Positions 10,035 through 20,545 of a stretch of DNA of 64,000 nucleotides are shown one piece after another. The stretch comes from Fibrobacteria bacterium (GTDB lineage: Bacteria > Fibrobacterota > Fibrobacteria > UBA11236), in the NCBI GenBank assembly GCA_043745805.1, contig JAYTSD010000020.1, forward strand, positions 96,001-160,000, in the 5' to 3' direction. A program made the translations under genes and the position numbers. The notes under the pieces are model-generated. The model made no database searches. It saw only the letters and a program-made list of their open reading frames with translations, and was not told the DNA's origin. Position 1 is the stretch's first letter. Each line of letters begins with the position of its first letter.

Positions 10035-11336
10035 TTGAGCTTGACCACAGAGAATGAAATACCGGAGTTACCTTCGGAAGAAAAAAAACTGGGAGGGATT
10101 TATGTCGGCCCACCAAAAATTCGTGAAGCTTTAATCTTTAGTTTTTGGGATGGTTTTTTATTCTCGGCTATCATTGCGCTGAATGAAACCTTTGGTATAG
10201 CGGCAGCCCTTTCACTAAAAGCCACTGCTATGGCTATCGCCTTAATGAATTGTTTGCCCATATTACTCGGCACTTTAGGTCAATTCTTTTTACCCATTTT
10301 ATCGAAATGGAAAAAACATCCCAAATATTATGTGTTACATGGAGCGCGGGCGCAAAGTTGCTTTTTGTTTTTAGCAGGGTTTACTGGTTGGTTACCTGAA
10401 CGTTATGCGGTTTGGCTATTTATTCTCACCTTTGTAATAGCGGGCATAGCCGGTAATTTAACCAATGGCCCGTGGATGGTGTGGATGGCGGGCTTAGTCG
10501 ATGATGGTGTACGCGGCCGACATTTTGCATGGCGCAATCGTTTTTTTGCTTGGATACAATTTTGTTTTTCCTTAGGCAGCGGGATTATAGCTCGACATTA
10601 TAATTCGGGTAATGCACCTTGGTTACTCTTTGCGGGAATATTTGTGCTGGGAGGAATGATCCGTTTTGTTTCTTTTCAACTTTTAAAAAAACAATATGCT
10701 CCCGCGCATACTCCTCAGCCCTTTGATTTGCGGCGCTTTAAACCGCATCCCGATTTTATGCGCTATGCCATCGCGGCTGCTTTATTTCAGGGCTTAGCGG
10801 CTATGACGGGACCTTTTTTCAATGTCTGGTTTTTGCGTGATTTGCAATTTAATTATTTGTATTTCTCCATGGCACAAGCCGGTGTCGTTTTAGGAACGCT
10901 GATTTCTTTGTCAATGTGGGGAAAAATTTCCGATACTTATGGAAGTCGACGGGTAATTCAAATTTCCGCTTTTATGGCTTGTCTTATCCCTTTAAACTTT
11001 TTGTTTTTCCATCAAGCCATTGCCATTTGGATAATTAGTCTCTATAGCGGCGCAGCTTGGGGCGGTTATAACGTGGCTTCATTGCATTATATTATGAGTG
11101 CTAGCGATCATGCCGAACGTAACGCCTATATTACCTTCTCGGCGGCCCTCACCGGAATTGGGGTTTTTGTCTTTAGCTTAATTGGGGGATATTTGGCGAC
11201 ACATATTCCTGAAATTTTCACTTGGCGTTTACAAAGCTTATTTTTGTTTTCTGGAATATTACGACTTTTAGTTTTCGCTTGCTTTTTTTTAAAACTCAAA
11301 GACTTCGGTAAGCGCCATATAGCCCTAGTCCATTGA
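10035..11336 (+). CDS. MFS transporter
   Basis: About 12 hydrophobic helices, a WGKISDTYGSRRV motif-A-like loop and RGRHFAWRNR. Confidence 0.85.
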   Translation: MSLTTENEIPELPSEEKKLGGIYVGPPKIREALIFSFWDGFLFSAIIALNETFGIAAALSLKATAMAIALMNCLPILLGTLGQFFLPILSKWKKHPKYYVLHGARAQSCFLFLAGFTGWLPERYAVWLFILTFVIAGIAGNLTNGPWMVWMAGLVDDGVRGRHFAWRNRFFAWIQFCFSLGSGIIARHYNSGNAPWLLFAGIFVLGGMIRFVSFQLLKKQYAPAHTPQPFDLRRFKPHPDFMRYAIAAALFQGLAAMTGPFFNVWFLRDLQFNYLYFSMAQAGVVLGTLISLSMWGKISDTYGSRRVIQISAFMACLIPLNFLFFHQAIAIWIISLYSGAAWGGYNVASLHYIMSASDHAERNAYITFSAALTGIGVFVFSLIGGYLATHIPEIFTWRLQSLFLFSGILRLLVFACFFLKLKDFGKRHIALVH

Positions 11337-11458
11337 GCCTCTTCCTGACTTGAGGTTGAATTTGGCAAAATCTGAATCGTCAAAAACCATGGCGATAAAC
11401 AGGGAATAGATTACATTTTGCGGAAACCTTTCAGAGGAATTTAAAAAGGAATTAAGCA

Positions 11459-12757
11459 ATGTCACTCGATCCACAAGCTCAACAATTAAATAATGCGATT
11501 CAACAAAACCGCCCTGCCGTACTTGATATGTTATCACTTAAAGGTAAAGCGATTTTTTTTCCAAAACTCGGCATCTTATCACAAAGTGCTGATGCTAATG
11601 GAAAATCCATTAATGCTACCATAGGCATTGCTTTGGAAGAGGATGGCGCTCCTATGGCTTTAGGTAGCTTGAGTAAACAAATCGCCCTACCTGCCGCACA
11701 AGTTTTTCCTTATGCACCGAGCCCAGGCAAGCCCGATATTCGCAAATTGTGGAAAGAAATGATCGGACAAAAAAATCCGAGCTTAAATGGAAAAAGTTTT
11801 AGTTCCCCAGTAGTGTGTTCGGCGCTCACGCATGGCTTGAGCATGGCGGGCTATTTATTTTGCGATGAAGGGGATAAAGTGATTTTGCCCGATTTGTATT
11901 GGGAAAATTATGATTTACTTTTCACTCATGCATATGCAGCCGAGCTGGATGGCTTTGCCACTTATACACCCGATGGAAAATTTAATGTCGACGGTTTGGA
12001 ACAGAAATTAGCAACGGGATCCATCGGTAAAAAAATTGTTTGTTTAAATTTCCCCAATAATCCTAGCGGTTACACCCCTTCGATTGCTGAAGTGGAAGCG
12101 ATAGTTGCCGTGCTCAAAGCCGCAGCGGAAAAGGGCAATAAAGTAGTGGTACTTATTGATGATGCTTATTTTGGATTGGTATTTGAAGACGGTGTTTTTA
12201 AAGAAAGTATTTTCACTAAGCTTTGTGAGTTACATCCCAATTTATTGGCAGTAAAAATTGATGGTCCTACGAAGGAAGATTATGCTTGGGGCTTTCGCGT
12301 AGGTTTTATCACTTATGGTATTCAAGGCGCCACACCTGCTTTGTACGAGGCTTTAGAAGCTAAAACTGGCGGTGCCATTCGCGGTAATATTTCCAACTCT
12401 TCGCATATGGGTCAAAGTCTTTTAGTAAAGTCATGGTCTTCGGCGGAATATGCAGGCGAAAAACAACGCGCTTTTGATTTGTTGAAAAAACGTTATGATA
12501 AGGTAAAAGCTATTTTAGCGGCGCATCCAGAATATGCTGCGGAGTTTTTGCCATTGCCTTTTAACTCGGGTTATTTCATGTGTATTCGCCCTTTAAAAGT
12601 TGATGTGGAACAATTGCGCCAGAAATTATTGGCTGACTATTCCACAGGTGTCATTGCTTTTAATGGTATTGTGCGTGTGGCCTTTTCGGCCACGCCTACG
12701 GAAAAGCTCGAACCTTTATTTGCCAATATTTATGAAGCGATAAAAGCCTTAGGATAA
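11459..12757 (+). CDS. PLP-dependent aminotransferase class I/II
   Basis: Motifs INATIG, NFPNNPSG, DDAYFG, DGPTKEDYAWGFRVG (PLP lysine) and C-terminal VRVAFS. Confidence 0.9.
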   Translation: MSLDPQAQQLNNAIQQNRPAVLDMLSLKGKAIFFPKLGILSQSADANGKSINATIGIALEEDGAPMALGSLSKQIALPAAQVFPYAPSPGKPDIRKLWKEMIGQKNPSLNGKSFSSPVVCSALTHGLSMAGYLFCDEGDKVILPDLYWENYDLLFTHAYAAELDGFATYTPDGKFNVDGLEQKLATGSIGKKIVCLNFPNNPSGYTPSIAEVEAIVAVLKAAAEKGNKVVVLIDDAYFGLVFEDGVFKESIFTKLCELHPNLLAVKIDGPTKEDYAWGFRVGFITYGIQGATPALYEALEAKTGGAIRGNISNSSHMGQSLLVKSWSSAEYAGEKQRAFDLLKKRYDKVKAILAAHPEYAAEFLPLPFNSGYFMCIRPLKVDVEQLRQKLLADYSTGVIAFNGIVRVAFSATPTEKLEPLFANIYEAIKALG

Positions 12758-12758
12758 A

Positions 12759-14042
12759 TTACTGTAACCTGTCTGTTAACTCCCCTTGAAGAAAATTTAA
12801 GACTTCAGGGGGCGTTGCAGAAACAAAATCTGGTTGTAATCTCAGCTCCGCTAATAGATTTTCCGAAACTTGTACACATTCTAATTCTAAAGTATTGCGT
12901 ATGCGCATAATGCGTGCGCTATTTATTTTTTCGGGTTGCTCACTAAAAGCATAATTTAAGGCGGCTTGCAAAGCGGTTTCATCATTTTCACAAACGAGTG
13001 GGATGAATCCTCGGCGAATAAAACCACTGGTCAAAACATTTTTGCGAGTAATTTCCCAATCGATTTTTTGCACTACTCGTTTTACCGTGAAGTCGGCTAA
13101 ACCAATACCTAAAGCATTTCCATGCGTTTCGGTACTTAAGTTTAAAACTAATATGGCTTTAATTTGCGGCGTTAAGGGCTCGGATTGACCGTCAATACGC
13201 AAACGACCAATGACATTAGTGTCCATGCCTGTTCCGCTAAAATTTTTCCCCATGACATCGACAATGAGCACATCGACATTTTTCAGTGGAAGGTCTGGCG
13301 TTAACCTTTTTGCCACTTGCAATAATTGTTTTTCACCTTCGTCCAATTCTTCTTTGCTGAGGGCTTTTAATTCGGCTAGATGATGATTTCCATCTTCCAC
13401 CATGGCAAAACCGGCCACCCAATTAATTTTTTGTAGTAACACCCGCGCTACCTCGGGCATATAGTCGCGTAAACCTTGAGGGCCATGACTATGTAATAAT
13501 ACAGCACCTGCTTCTTTGCCTAATCCTATGGCGAGCATTTTGTGTAAGCCGCTTTCCAAAGGACCTTGAAAACTAGTATGCCCTTTAATGCGATTAATCA
13601 AAATAAGACCATCGGCCTCGGTGACAAAACGATCTAAATGCGCAGGAATATTTCCAAAGTGTGCTGAGGATTGCCCCAAAATGACGGTATCCATAGTGGC
13701 TCGAATGGGGCAGCGCATAGACTCTTCATCAATACCCAAGGATTTTAAAACCTCAATTTGACCTTGTGCAGTAGCGCCTCCATGGCTGCCCATGGCAGGG
13801 ACAATAAAAGGTTCTCCACCAGCTAGTTTAATTTGATCGACTACAGCGCGTGCCACTTTATCAATAGCATGAATGCCTCGGCTTCCTAAACCAATAGCGA
13901 TGCGCTTACCTTGCACCGCCAAAGCGAGGTTTAAACGCAGCCATTCATCGGCAACCGTTTTTTCAATATTTACCGCAGGCCGAGAGAGTAACTTTCGAGT
14001 TACCCAAGAAAAACGTGGCAGAGAAAAGTTTGCAACAGAAAT
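12759..14042 (-). CDS. Lactate racemase (LarA)-domain / DUF362-like protein
   Basis: Motifs IAIGLGSRGI, PAMGSHGGAT, NRIKGHT, ESGLHKMLAIGLGK, GKNFSGTGMDTNVIGR. The ORF track starts at TTG 13922, but the frame is open to a putative ATT start at 14042 with an AAGGA SD. Confidence 0.78.
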   Translation of the reverse strand: MSVANFSLPRFSWVTRKLLSRPAVNIEKTVADEWLRLNLALAVQGKRIAIGLGSRGIHAIDKVARAVVDQIKLAGGEPFIVPAMGSHGGATAQGQIEVLKSLGIDEESMRCPIRATMDTVILGQSSAHFGNIPAHLDRFVTEADGLILINRIKGHTSFQGPLESGLHKMLAIGLGKEAGAVLLHSHGPQGLRDYMPEVARVLLQKINWVAGFAMVEDGNHHLAELKALSKEELDEGEKQLLQVAKRLTPDLPLKNVDVLIVDVMGKNFSGTGMDTNVIGRLRIDGQSEPLTPQIKAILVLNLSTETHGNALGIGLADFTVKRVVQKIDWEITRKNVLTSGFIRRGFIPLVCENDETALQAALNYAFSEQPEKINSARIMRIRNTLELECVQVSENLLAELRLQPDFVSATPPEVLNFLQGELTDRLQ

Positions 14043-14046
14043 AAAA

Positions 14047-14598
14047 TTATTCCTTAAATTCCAACATTAATTTTGCAAGTACATCTTCAGCTGATTTTTT
14101 ATTCACTAAGGAGGTAGATACTTCAAAGGCCAAGCAATTTCCACTTTGGCAAGCGCCTTTTTTAAAAACTGCTGGTACACCTACAGAGTCGCCAGAGAAG
14201 GCCCAAAGTCGAGATTCTCCATCTAAGAAATCATTTTCATAATTGAGAATTACGGCTCGCCCACCGTGGGGATAGTACAACATCCACTTGCCATTTTTTT
14301 TTCCGGCTGTGTAATATTTTTCCCATTTTAAGGTACCACTTTCGTACCAAGCTTGCGATACACCTTCTTTTTGTCCATCTTTCCATTGAATCATTTCTTG
14401 ATGGGTCCAGTTTTTATAATTCAAAATTTGCGTACCATGTTTAACTTCGCCGGTAGGTGTAATTTTTTCGGACCATTCTTCTCGGATAGCGCGACCATCC
14501 GAATAGTAGGAAATATGTTTTTTGAGTTCTTCTTTTTTGGAACAGGCTAAGAGTAAAATCCCCATCACCATTCCCGAGAGTAATAATTTTTTTTGCAT
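14047..14598 (-). CDS. MORN-variant repeat (YwqK-like) lipoprotein
   Basis: Lipobox LLAC; repeats such as WKDGQKEG..WYESG and YTAGKKNGKW.YYPHG. Confidence 0.75.
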   Translation of the reverse strand: MQKKLLLSGMVMGILLLACSKKEELKKHISYYSDGRAIREEWSEKITPTGEVKHGTQILNYKNWTHQEMIQWKDGQKEGVSQAWYESGTLKWEKYYTAGKKNGKWMLYYPHGGRAVILNYENDFLDGESRLWAFSGDSVGVPAVFKKGACQSGNCLAFEVSTSLVNKKSAEDVLAKLMLEFKE

Positions 14599-14665
14599 AA
14601 TATTTTTACCCCAAACTATTTTGATACTTGTTCAAATGTTTTCTTAAAAGATATACAATAAACCT

Positions 14666-15661
14666 TTATGGGTTTTGCAACACTGCATTTTCCATTTCCA
14701 GAAAGGTTTTTATTTGTAGGCTACTATCGGCAGCTGTGAGCCTAACCTTGCGCGCAGCCAAGCGAGTGAAAACATGCAAATGGGAGTTTACGATTTCAAC
14801 AGCTACCATTCCTGTCCCTTTTTTCCTTAAGCCCTTTTTTAAATATAAGGCGCTGATAGGGTCAGTAACTCCATCATACTTGGACTTATATACCTTAGTT
14901 TTGCTTCCCTCCGGAAGGGTTAAGCCACTTTCTAAACGATTCTTTACTTTATTAATGAGATCATATAATTCCTGTAAATCCTCTTGCGGGCGGTTTACAT
15001 ACCAATGTGCATTATACGTGGAATCCCCTTTGTCGGGAACATTTCCTAAAATCGGTCCTACTACTTTTACCAAACTCAGTACTTTACTGGACGACACTAC
15101 AATGGGGTCGATAAGGAAAATATTTTTCGGCAAAACTTTTTTGGGATTGGAAGCACTATCAAATGCACCTTCCGCAATTTGCTCCAACAATAAAGCCCCA
15201 CCAGTGGAAGAAGCGGCAAAACTTATATTGCGATAGCCTTTATTTACCAATGCATAATATTCATCTAAAATAGGTTTACCCCAATCTCGCCATGTGCTGG
15301 TGCGAAATGTTTCAACATCTCGGCCATGACCTCCAAGTAATACCAAAGAGGTTTGTATGGCATTGGCATTTATTACTTCCTCACGATTCTTAAACTCTTG
15401 CCATTCAAAAGTGGAAGCGGTAAAGCCATGCACACAAATAATCACGGGCTTTTGTAAAAAAGTAGTGTCCGTCAAAATCCGTTTGGAAACCAAATAAGAC
15501 GTATCCATCAAGGATGTATCTTGTATGCTAGGCCCGTCTAGCCACAATTCTTTACATGGTTGATCACATTCCACATCCACCAATTGGCAAGCCAAGAACA
15601 TGAATCCGGCGATTAAAAATAAGCTTCCAAAAGTTTTTTTAATATTTGTGATATTCATCAT
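14666..15661 (-). CDS. Alpha/beta hydrolase (esterase/lipase) lipoprotein
   Basis: Lipobox FLAC, oxyanion motif HGFTAS, GHG, nucleophile elbow ASSTGG, and candidate Asp (DGVTD) and His (HLH). Confidence 0.82.
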   Translation of the reverse strand: MMNITNIKKTFGSLFLIAGFMFLACQLVDVECDQPCKELWLDGPSIQDTSLMDTSYLVSKRILTDTTFLQKPVIICVHGFTASTFEWQEFKNREEVINANAIQTSLVLLGGHGRDVETFRTSTWRDWGKPILDEYYALVNKGYRNISFAASSTGGALLLEQIAEGAFDSASNPKKVLPKNIFLIDPIVVSSSKVLSLVKVVGPILGNVPDKGDSTYNAHWYVNRPQEDLQELYDLINKVKNRLESGLTLPEGSKTKVYKSKYDGVTDPISALYLKKGLRKKGTGMVAVEIVNSHLHVFTRLAARKVRLTAADSSLQIKTFLEMENAVLQNP

Positions 15662-16182
15662 AAATTCACCCAGAATCCGAAATTAAAAATGCCAGGATAA
15701 AGTGTAGAGGTGCGCATAAAAAGCGGTGTATAGGAAAGGCCCACATCATAATAAAAGCCATATTGTCCTTGCTGCAAATTAATATTTAAACCGGCTACGG
15801 TAGAAAATATATAGGCGCTATTTTTAATATCCAAACCCTCCGTATCAAAGCGGTTATAGCCTAAATCCAGTTGCACATAAGGATCGAAAATATTTTTGCG
15901 GCGAAAATGCCAAGCTGTTCCAAGTAAAAAATAATCTTGGCGAGGAATATGTCTGCCAACAACTTCTTCTAAACGACTAGTTAAATAAGCCGCCTTAAAC
16001 TGTAATTTGTGTTTGGCCAAATAAAAATTAGAATATCCCAATTCTATTCCAGGATACAAATCTTGCCCAGGAGCAAAATCCCATATTCCTTGAGTGCGAA
16101 TACCCCAATTCCAAATCCCCTCTTGTGCTTGTCCTTGCAAAGCTCCAAAACATAGAGCAAAGCCAATCCATAAACCTTTAAT
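15658..16182 (-). CDS. Small outer-membrane beta-barrel protein
   Basis: Alternating aromatic beta strands (FDPYVQLDLGYNRF; terminal FNFGFWVNL). A signal peptide is present only if translation starts upstream of TTG 16140 (putative ATT 16182). Confidence 0.7.
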   Translation of the reverse strand: MKGLWIGFALCFGALQGQAQEGIWNWGIRTQGIWDFAPGQDLYPGIELGYSNFYLAKHKLQFKAAYLTSRLEEVVGRHIPRQDYFLLGTAWHFRRKNIFDPYVQLDLGYNRFDTEGLDIKNSAYIFSTVAGLNINLQQGQYGFYYDVGLSYTPLFMRTSTLYPGIFNFGFWVNL

Positions 16183-16321
16183 AAAACCTCCCTTACCTAT
16201 TCGTCAAAATACGGAGTAATGCTTGTGACCTCAAGGCGAAAAAGTTAACTTCCCAAGCAAGGGTAAAGCGAATATGTGGCTGCCTATTTATTGACGGACA
16301 TTTGACGAACATGGTGATGAA

Positions 16322-16690
16322 ATGGTAATTAAAAATTCCGAACCCTCAAACGAAGCTTTGCAATTAGCCATTAAGTATGAAGAACGTTTATGGACGGCAG
16401 CGCGTTTTGAAGCCTCGGAATCAGGATTTGAATTCACCTTTCCTTGCGGTACCGTGGTTCGTGATTTAATTCGTGCGGGAGTTAAACAAATGCTCAAAAG
16501 CTATCGTATGAGCGCCATGGATTTTGAAGAAGCGGAAGAAAACTGGAGTAAATTTATGGCGACCATGCTCAAGGAAGCCCTCAAAAATCCATCCAAAGCA
16601 GATAGAAACCCATTGTTAAAAAAACAGCCCTTGCGCGAAAGTGCGTTTGTAATGGCTAAGCATGAATGTCCAGCTTGGCCTTTTTGTTGA
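16322..16690 (+). CDS. Hypothetical protein
   Basis: 122-aa ORF filling the intergenic space, protein-like composition, no recognised motif. Confidence 0.6.
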   Translation: MVIKNSEPSNEALQLAIKYEERLWTAARFEASESGFEFTFPCGTVVRDLIRAGVKQMLKSYRMSAMDFEEAEENWSKFMATMLKEALKNPSKADRNPLLKKQPLRESAFVMAKHECPAWPFC

Positions 16691-16872
16691 TAAATGTCGG
16701 CTAGGAAAAGGACTCGGGCATTATAACCTGTGGGGTAACGTAGAAGTCAAGCAGGATAAGGACTTAGTCTTTTATCCCCATTTTTTGGCAGAAATTGTTT
16801 ATTTTAACCTCCAATAAGCCTCCGCAAAAGACTATTTTCTCTCCTTCCTATCACTTTAAAAAGGGGATTTTC

Positions 16873-18456
16873 ATGATCAGCCTTCCCAATCACTCCAAAT
16901 ACCTGCTATTGGTACTTTCAACACTTTCCTTTGCTTTGAGCACGGAAATAGACGAAGTCTATGAACCCACTTCCAACTGGAATGGAACGCGTGGTCTTAC
17001 TCAAGTTATCTCTGCGGAATCTATGGGAGCAGGGCGTTTAACATTGCATGGGCACGGCACGCTTTATCAACAAGATCGAAATTTCGCAGGCACGACGGCT
17101 AGTAAAGGCACTAATGTAAGCACTGGAATGGGAGCGGTTTCTTTTGGATTAAGTCCCTATATCGATGGTTTTATTACCGGCGGTATTTTTAATATGAATG
17201 GCGGGAATTATAATGTAAGCGCTGGAACAACTAGCTTTTCGGGTGGTTTGCAAGGTTCCATACCTTTTCCCGAAACCGTGCCGGCACGGTTAGGTATTCA
17301 AGTGGCAGCCATTACGGGCACTGCCGAGGAACAAATTAACACCAACGGAGCCGATGGTTACAATTACTTTGAAATGCGTACGGCTACTGATTTTGTAGCG
17401 CGTTTAACACAAAGTCTTTTATTTAATGGGGATGGCGTCTATTTAAAATTGCACTTGAATGAAGGCATGGTCAGCTCCTTAGAAAAAGGAAAATCCATGG
17501 TACTTTTACAGGCAGCAGCTATTGAATTTTCTCCGCATCCCACTGTTGTTACAGGGGTAGAAATTAGCTCCCGAACGTTTTTCAAAAATTCACAAAATAC
17601 GGATCCGTTTTGGATTACTCCTAGTTTAACAGTACGTACGCCTTTTCATTTAAACGCACAAATTGGTGCCGACATTTCCCTTTCAGCCGATCGCCCACTT
17701 CCCACTTTAGATAGAGCCTTGGAACCTTGGCGAGCCTTTGGAAGTTTAACGCTTTCCTTTGATTTGCTTGCCGGCAAAAGACGTGAAGCACGCGATAGGG
17801 CTGCTCGTGATTCCATTGAGCGCGCAAAACTAGAAGAGCAAGCGCGGTTAGCACAAAAAATGTTGGAAGACATGGCCCGTAAAGCCAAACAAGATTCCAT
17901 CAATGCAGAAGAAGCCAATCGTTTAGGGAGATTACGTGCAGATTCCTTAGCCGCAAAATCTCATCAGGATTCCTTAGTCTTGGCTTCCAAAGCGCATCAA
18001 GATTCTTTAGCTTTAGCAGAAGCTAATCGAAGACTAGAAGAAGAACGCAATAAGCGTCCAGATTGGGAGAGAGAATTTTTACGCACAGGCGTATTGAATT
18101 TAGAAGCTCTTTATTTCGAAACGGCCAAAGCACAGATTTCCATTAACTCCAAGCCCTATTTGAATTTGGTAGGCCGTATGCTTTCAAAATATCCCAAGCT
18201 CGATATGGAAATTGCAGGTCACACGGATAATACGGGTAAACCAGCAAAGAACTTGACCCTTAGTGAAGATCGAGCGAATGAAGTGCGCGTATATTTAACT
18301 TCGGCCTATCCTACTTTGAATGGGCATTTAACGGCACATGGTTATGGTGCCACTGTTCCTAAAGAAAGCAATACCACGTCGCAAGGACGACAAATAAATC
18401 GTCGTGTAGAAATTAAAGTTTTGAATAAAGATGTGTTGAAAGAGTATGCGCCTTAA
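16873..18456 (+). CDS. OmpA-family outer membrane protein (N-terminal barrel, coiled-coil linker, peptidoglycan-binding domain)
   Basis: ATG 16873 after AAGGGG; motifs LYFETAK, IAGHTDNTG, NLTLSEDRA, GYG, NRRVEI. Confidence 0.88.
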   Translation: MISLPNHSKYLLLVLSTLSFALSTEIDEVYEPTSNWNGTRGLTQVISAESMGAGRLTLHGHGTLYQQDRNFAGTTASKGTNVSTGMGAVSFGLSPYIDGFITGGIFNMNGGNYNVSAGTTSFSGGLQGSIPFPETVPARLGIQVAAITGTAEEQINTNGADGYNYFEMRTATDFVARLTQSLLFNGDGVYLKLHLNEGMVSSLEKGKSMVLLQAAAIEFSPHPTVVTGVEISSRTFFKNSQNTDPFWITPSLTVRTPFHLNAQIGADISLSADRPLPTLDRALEPWRAFGSLTLSFDLLAGKRREARDRAARDSIERAKLEEQARLAQKMLEDMARKAKQDSINAEEANRLGRLRADSLAAKSHQDSLVLASKAHQDSLALAEANRRLEEERNKRPDWEREFLRTGVLNLEALYFETAKAQISINSKPYLNLVGRMLSKYPKLDMEIAGHTDNTGKPAKNLTLSEDRANEVRVYLTSAYPTLNGHLTAHGYGATVPKESNTTSQGRQINRRVEIKVLNKDVLKEYAP

Positions 18457-18516
18457 CTTTTCTTTATACTCCTTTTTTGATCTTTAAAGTTATGGGTAAC
18501 ATTTAAAGGAAAACTT

Positions 18517-18547
18517 AAACCCTTCGATGCAAATCGAGGGGTTTTTT
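18517..18547 (+). terminator. Rho-independent terminator
   Basis: AAACCCTTCGAT-GCAA-ATCGAGGGGTTT followed by a T-run, between convergent genes. Confidence 0.75.
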
Positions 18548-18590
18548 ATGCCCTGTATTTTGTTTCAGGTTTAATTTTTTTGAAGTTTAA

Positions 18591-19550
18591 TTAAAGCGCA
18601 GGAAAGAAGCAGGCGGCTTGAGTATTATGGCTTGGGCGTAATTGGGGAATATTTACCAAGCATTCCGGTTGCACCTTTGGACAACGACTAGAAAAAGCAC
18701 AGCCTTTAGGTAAATTCACAGGTGAAGGTATTTCGCCCGATAATAATTTGGGTTTGATTTTTCTATCGAGTGTGGGAATAGAGTCCAGCAAGGCTTGGGT
18801 ATAAGGATGTTGCGGCGCAGTGAATAAATCTTCGCATTTGGCCTTCTCTACAATTTTACCCAAATACATTACTTCCACTCTATCGCTAACGGCATGTACC
18901 AAGGATAAATCATGGGAAATAAAAAGCAAGGATAAACCCATTTCTTGTTTTAAGTCGAGAAGCAATTGCATGATTTGCGCTTGCACCGATACATCGAGAG
19001 CCGCCACCACTTCATCACAAACTATGAGTTTAGGTTTAAGGCCAATAGCGCGGGCAATGCCTAAACGTTGTCTTTGTCCTCCGGAAAAAGCATGCGGAAA
19101 ACGGTGCATATAATCGGGAGAGAGTCCAACACGTTGTAACAATGAGGCTACGGTATCTTTTAAATGACTGGGTTCACAAAGCTTGTGGATACGTAAGGGC
19201 TCAGCAATAATTTCAAAAACCGTATGGCGAGGATTCAGCGAAGTATAAGGATCTTGAAAAATAATTTGAAAATCCTTGCGATAAATATCCCAAGCATGCG
19301 GATTAGCAATGTCGATAGAATTTCCATTCAGCCATAAACTACCGGAAGTGATCGGCGTTAGGCCAAGTAAGGAATAACCTAAAGTACTTTTACCACAACC
19401 GCTTTCGCCTACAATGGCCACAATCTCGCCGGTATCCACCGTTAAGCTAACATTATTCACGGCTTTTACTTCGCCGACAACTTTCTTAAAAAGGCCGCCA
19501 TGCACCGGAAAATAGGTATGCAGTTTTTCGGCTTTTAATAAAGTGCTCAT
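18591..19550 (-). CDS. Oligopeptide ABC transporter ATP-binding subunit (OppF/DppF-like)
   Basis: Motifs GESGCGKST, FQDPYTSLNP, FSGGQRQR, HPYTQALL, GCAFSSRCP. Confidence 0.93.
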   Translation of the reverse strand: MSTLLKAEKLHTYFPVHGGLFKKVVGEVKAVNNVSLTVDTGEIVAIVGESGCGKSTLGYSLLGLTPITSGSLWLNGNSIDIANPHAWDIYRKDFQIIFQDPYTSLNPRHTVFEIIAEPLRIHKLCEPSHLKDTVASLLQRVGLSPDYMHRFPHAFSGGQRQRLGIARAIGLKPKLIVCDEVVAALDVSVQAQIMQLLLDLKQEMGLSLLFISHDLSLVHAVSDRVEVMYLGKIVEKAKCEDLFTAPQHPYTQALLDSIPTLDRKIKPKLLSGEIPSPVNLPKGCAFSSRCPKVQPECLVNIPQLRPSHNTQAACFFPAL

Positions 19551-20545
19551 ATCGATTGCTCATTTAAAAAGCAAGCCACATGATGCGCCTTCGCCAAAGG
19601 CAAGGCCACGTTTTGAAAAGTGGGTTGCGAGGAACAGGGTGCAAAAGCTTTAGCGCAGCGATCTTGAAAGCGACAGCCTTGCACATAATCTTTGGGGCGA
19701 GGCACTTGTCCGAGAATAGGATGTAAACCTGTTGGTTTCCCCTTTAATTTAGGCAAAGCCTCTAAAAGTCCTTGAGAGTAAGGATGCAAAGGATGCTGTA
19801 AAACATCTTCTACCGTCCCTTCTTCAATCATGCGACCCGCATACATTACGGCAACTCTATCCGCATATTGGGCGATCAAATTTAAATTATGCGTAATCAT
19901 TAAAATCGCGGTATTAAATTCACTACTTAAGCCAGTTAATAAATCCATAATTTGCGCTTGCACGGTAACATCTAAAGCCGTAGTCGGCTCATCGGCAATA
20001 ATAAAGCTGGGATTTAATAATAAGGCCATGGCTATCATCACTCTTTGTAACATGCCACCGGATAATTCATGCGGATAGGCTTTGAGTATGCGCTTGGGAT
20101 CGGCAATGCCCACTCGGTCGAGCAATTCCAAAATTCTTTTTTCGGAATCACCCGCAAAAGTGTGATACTGAAAAGGTTCGCGCATTTGTTGTTGCACCGT
20201 GTACAGAGGATTAAGTGCTGCACCAGGTTCTTGAAATATCATGGCGATTTCGGATCCCCGTAACTTACGAGTTTCTTCAGCAGATAGCGATAAAATATCC
20301 CGACCTTTATATAAAACCCGACCCGCTAAAACTTTTCCTCCGGGTGAGGGTAACAATTTAAGGAGTGACAAGGCGGTTACGGTTTTGCCACACCCACTTT
20401 CACCTACTAGTCCATAAATTTCGCCCGGATAAATTTCAAAATTCACCCCTTCGGTAATAGCAATTACGCCGCTTTTAGTGTCAGCATTAGCAAAGCCTAA
20501 GGATAAGTTCTCCACTTTTAATAAGGGCACTTTTATTTCGTTCAT
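19547..20545 (-). CDS. Oligopeptide ABC transporter ATP-binding subunit (OppD/DppD-like)
   Basis: Motifs [38 protein letters not shown]. Confidence 0.93.
   Translation of the reverse strand: MNEIKVPLLKVENLSLGFANADTKSGVIAITEGVNFEIYPGEIYGLVGESGCGKTVTALSLLKLLPSPGGKVLAGRVLYKGRDILSLSAEETRKLRGSEIAMIFQEPGAALNPLYTVQQQMREPFQYHTFAGDSEKRILELLDRVGIADPKRILKAYPHELSGGMLQRVMIAMALLLNPSFIIADEPTTALDVTVQAQIMDLLTGLSSEFNTAILMITHNLNLIAQYADRVAVMYAGRMIEEGTVEDVLQHPLHPYSQGLLEALPKLKGKPTGLHPILGQVPRPKDYVQGCRFQDRCAKAFAPCSSQPTFQNVALPLAKAHHVACFLNEQSI

Noticed and set aside
14628-15236. 202-aa plus-strand ORF and other short antisense ORFs within called genes
   Set aside because: They lie opposite well-supported genes and have no recognisable motifs.
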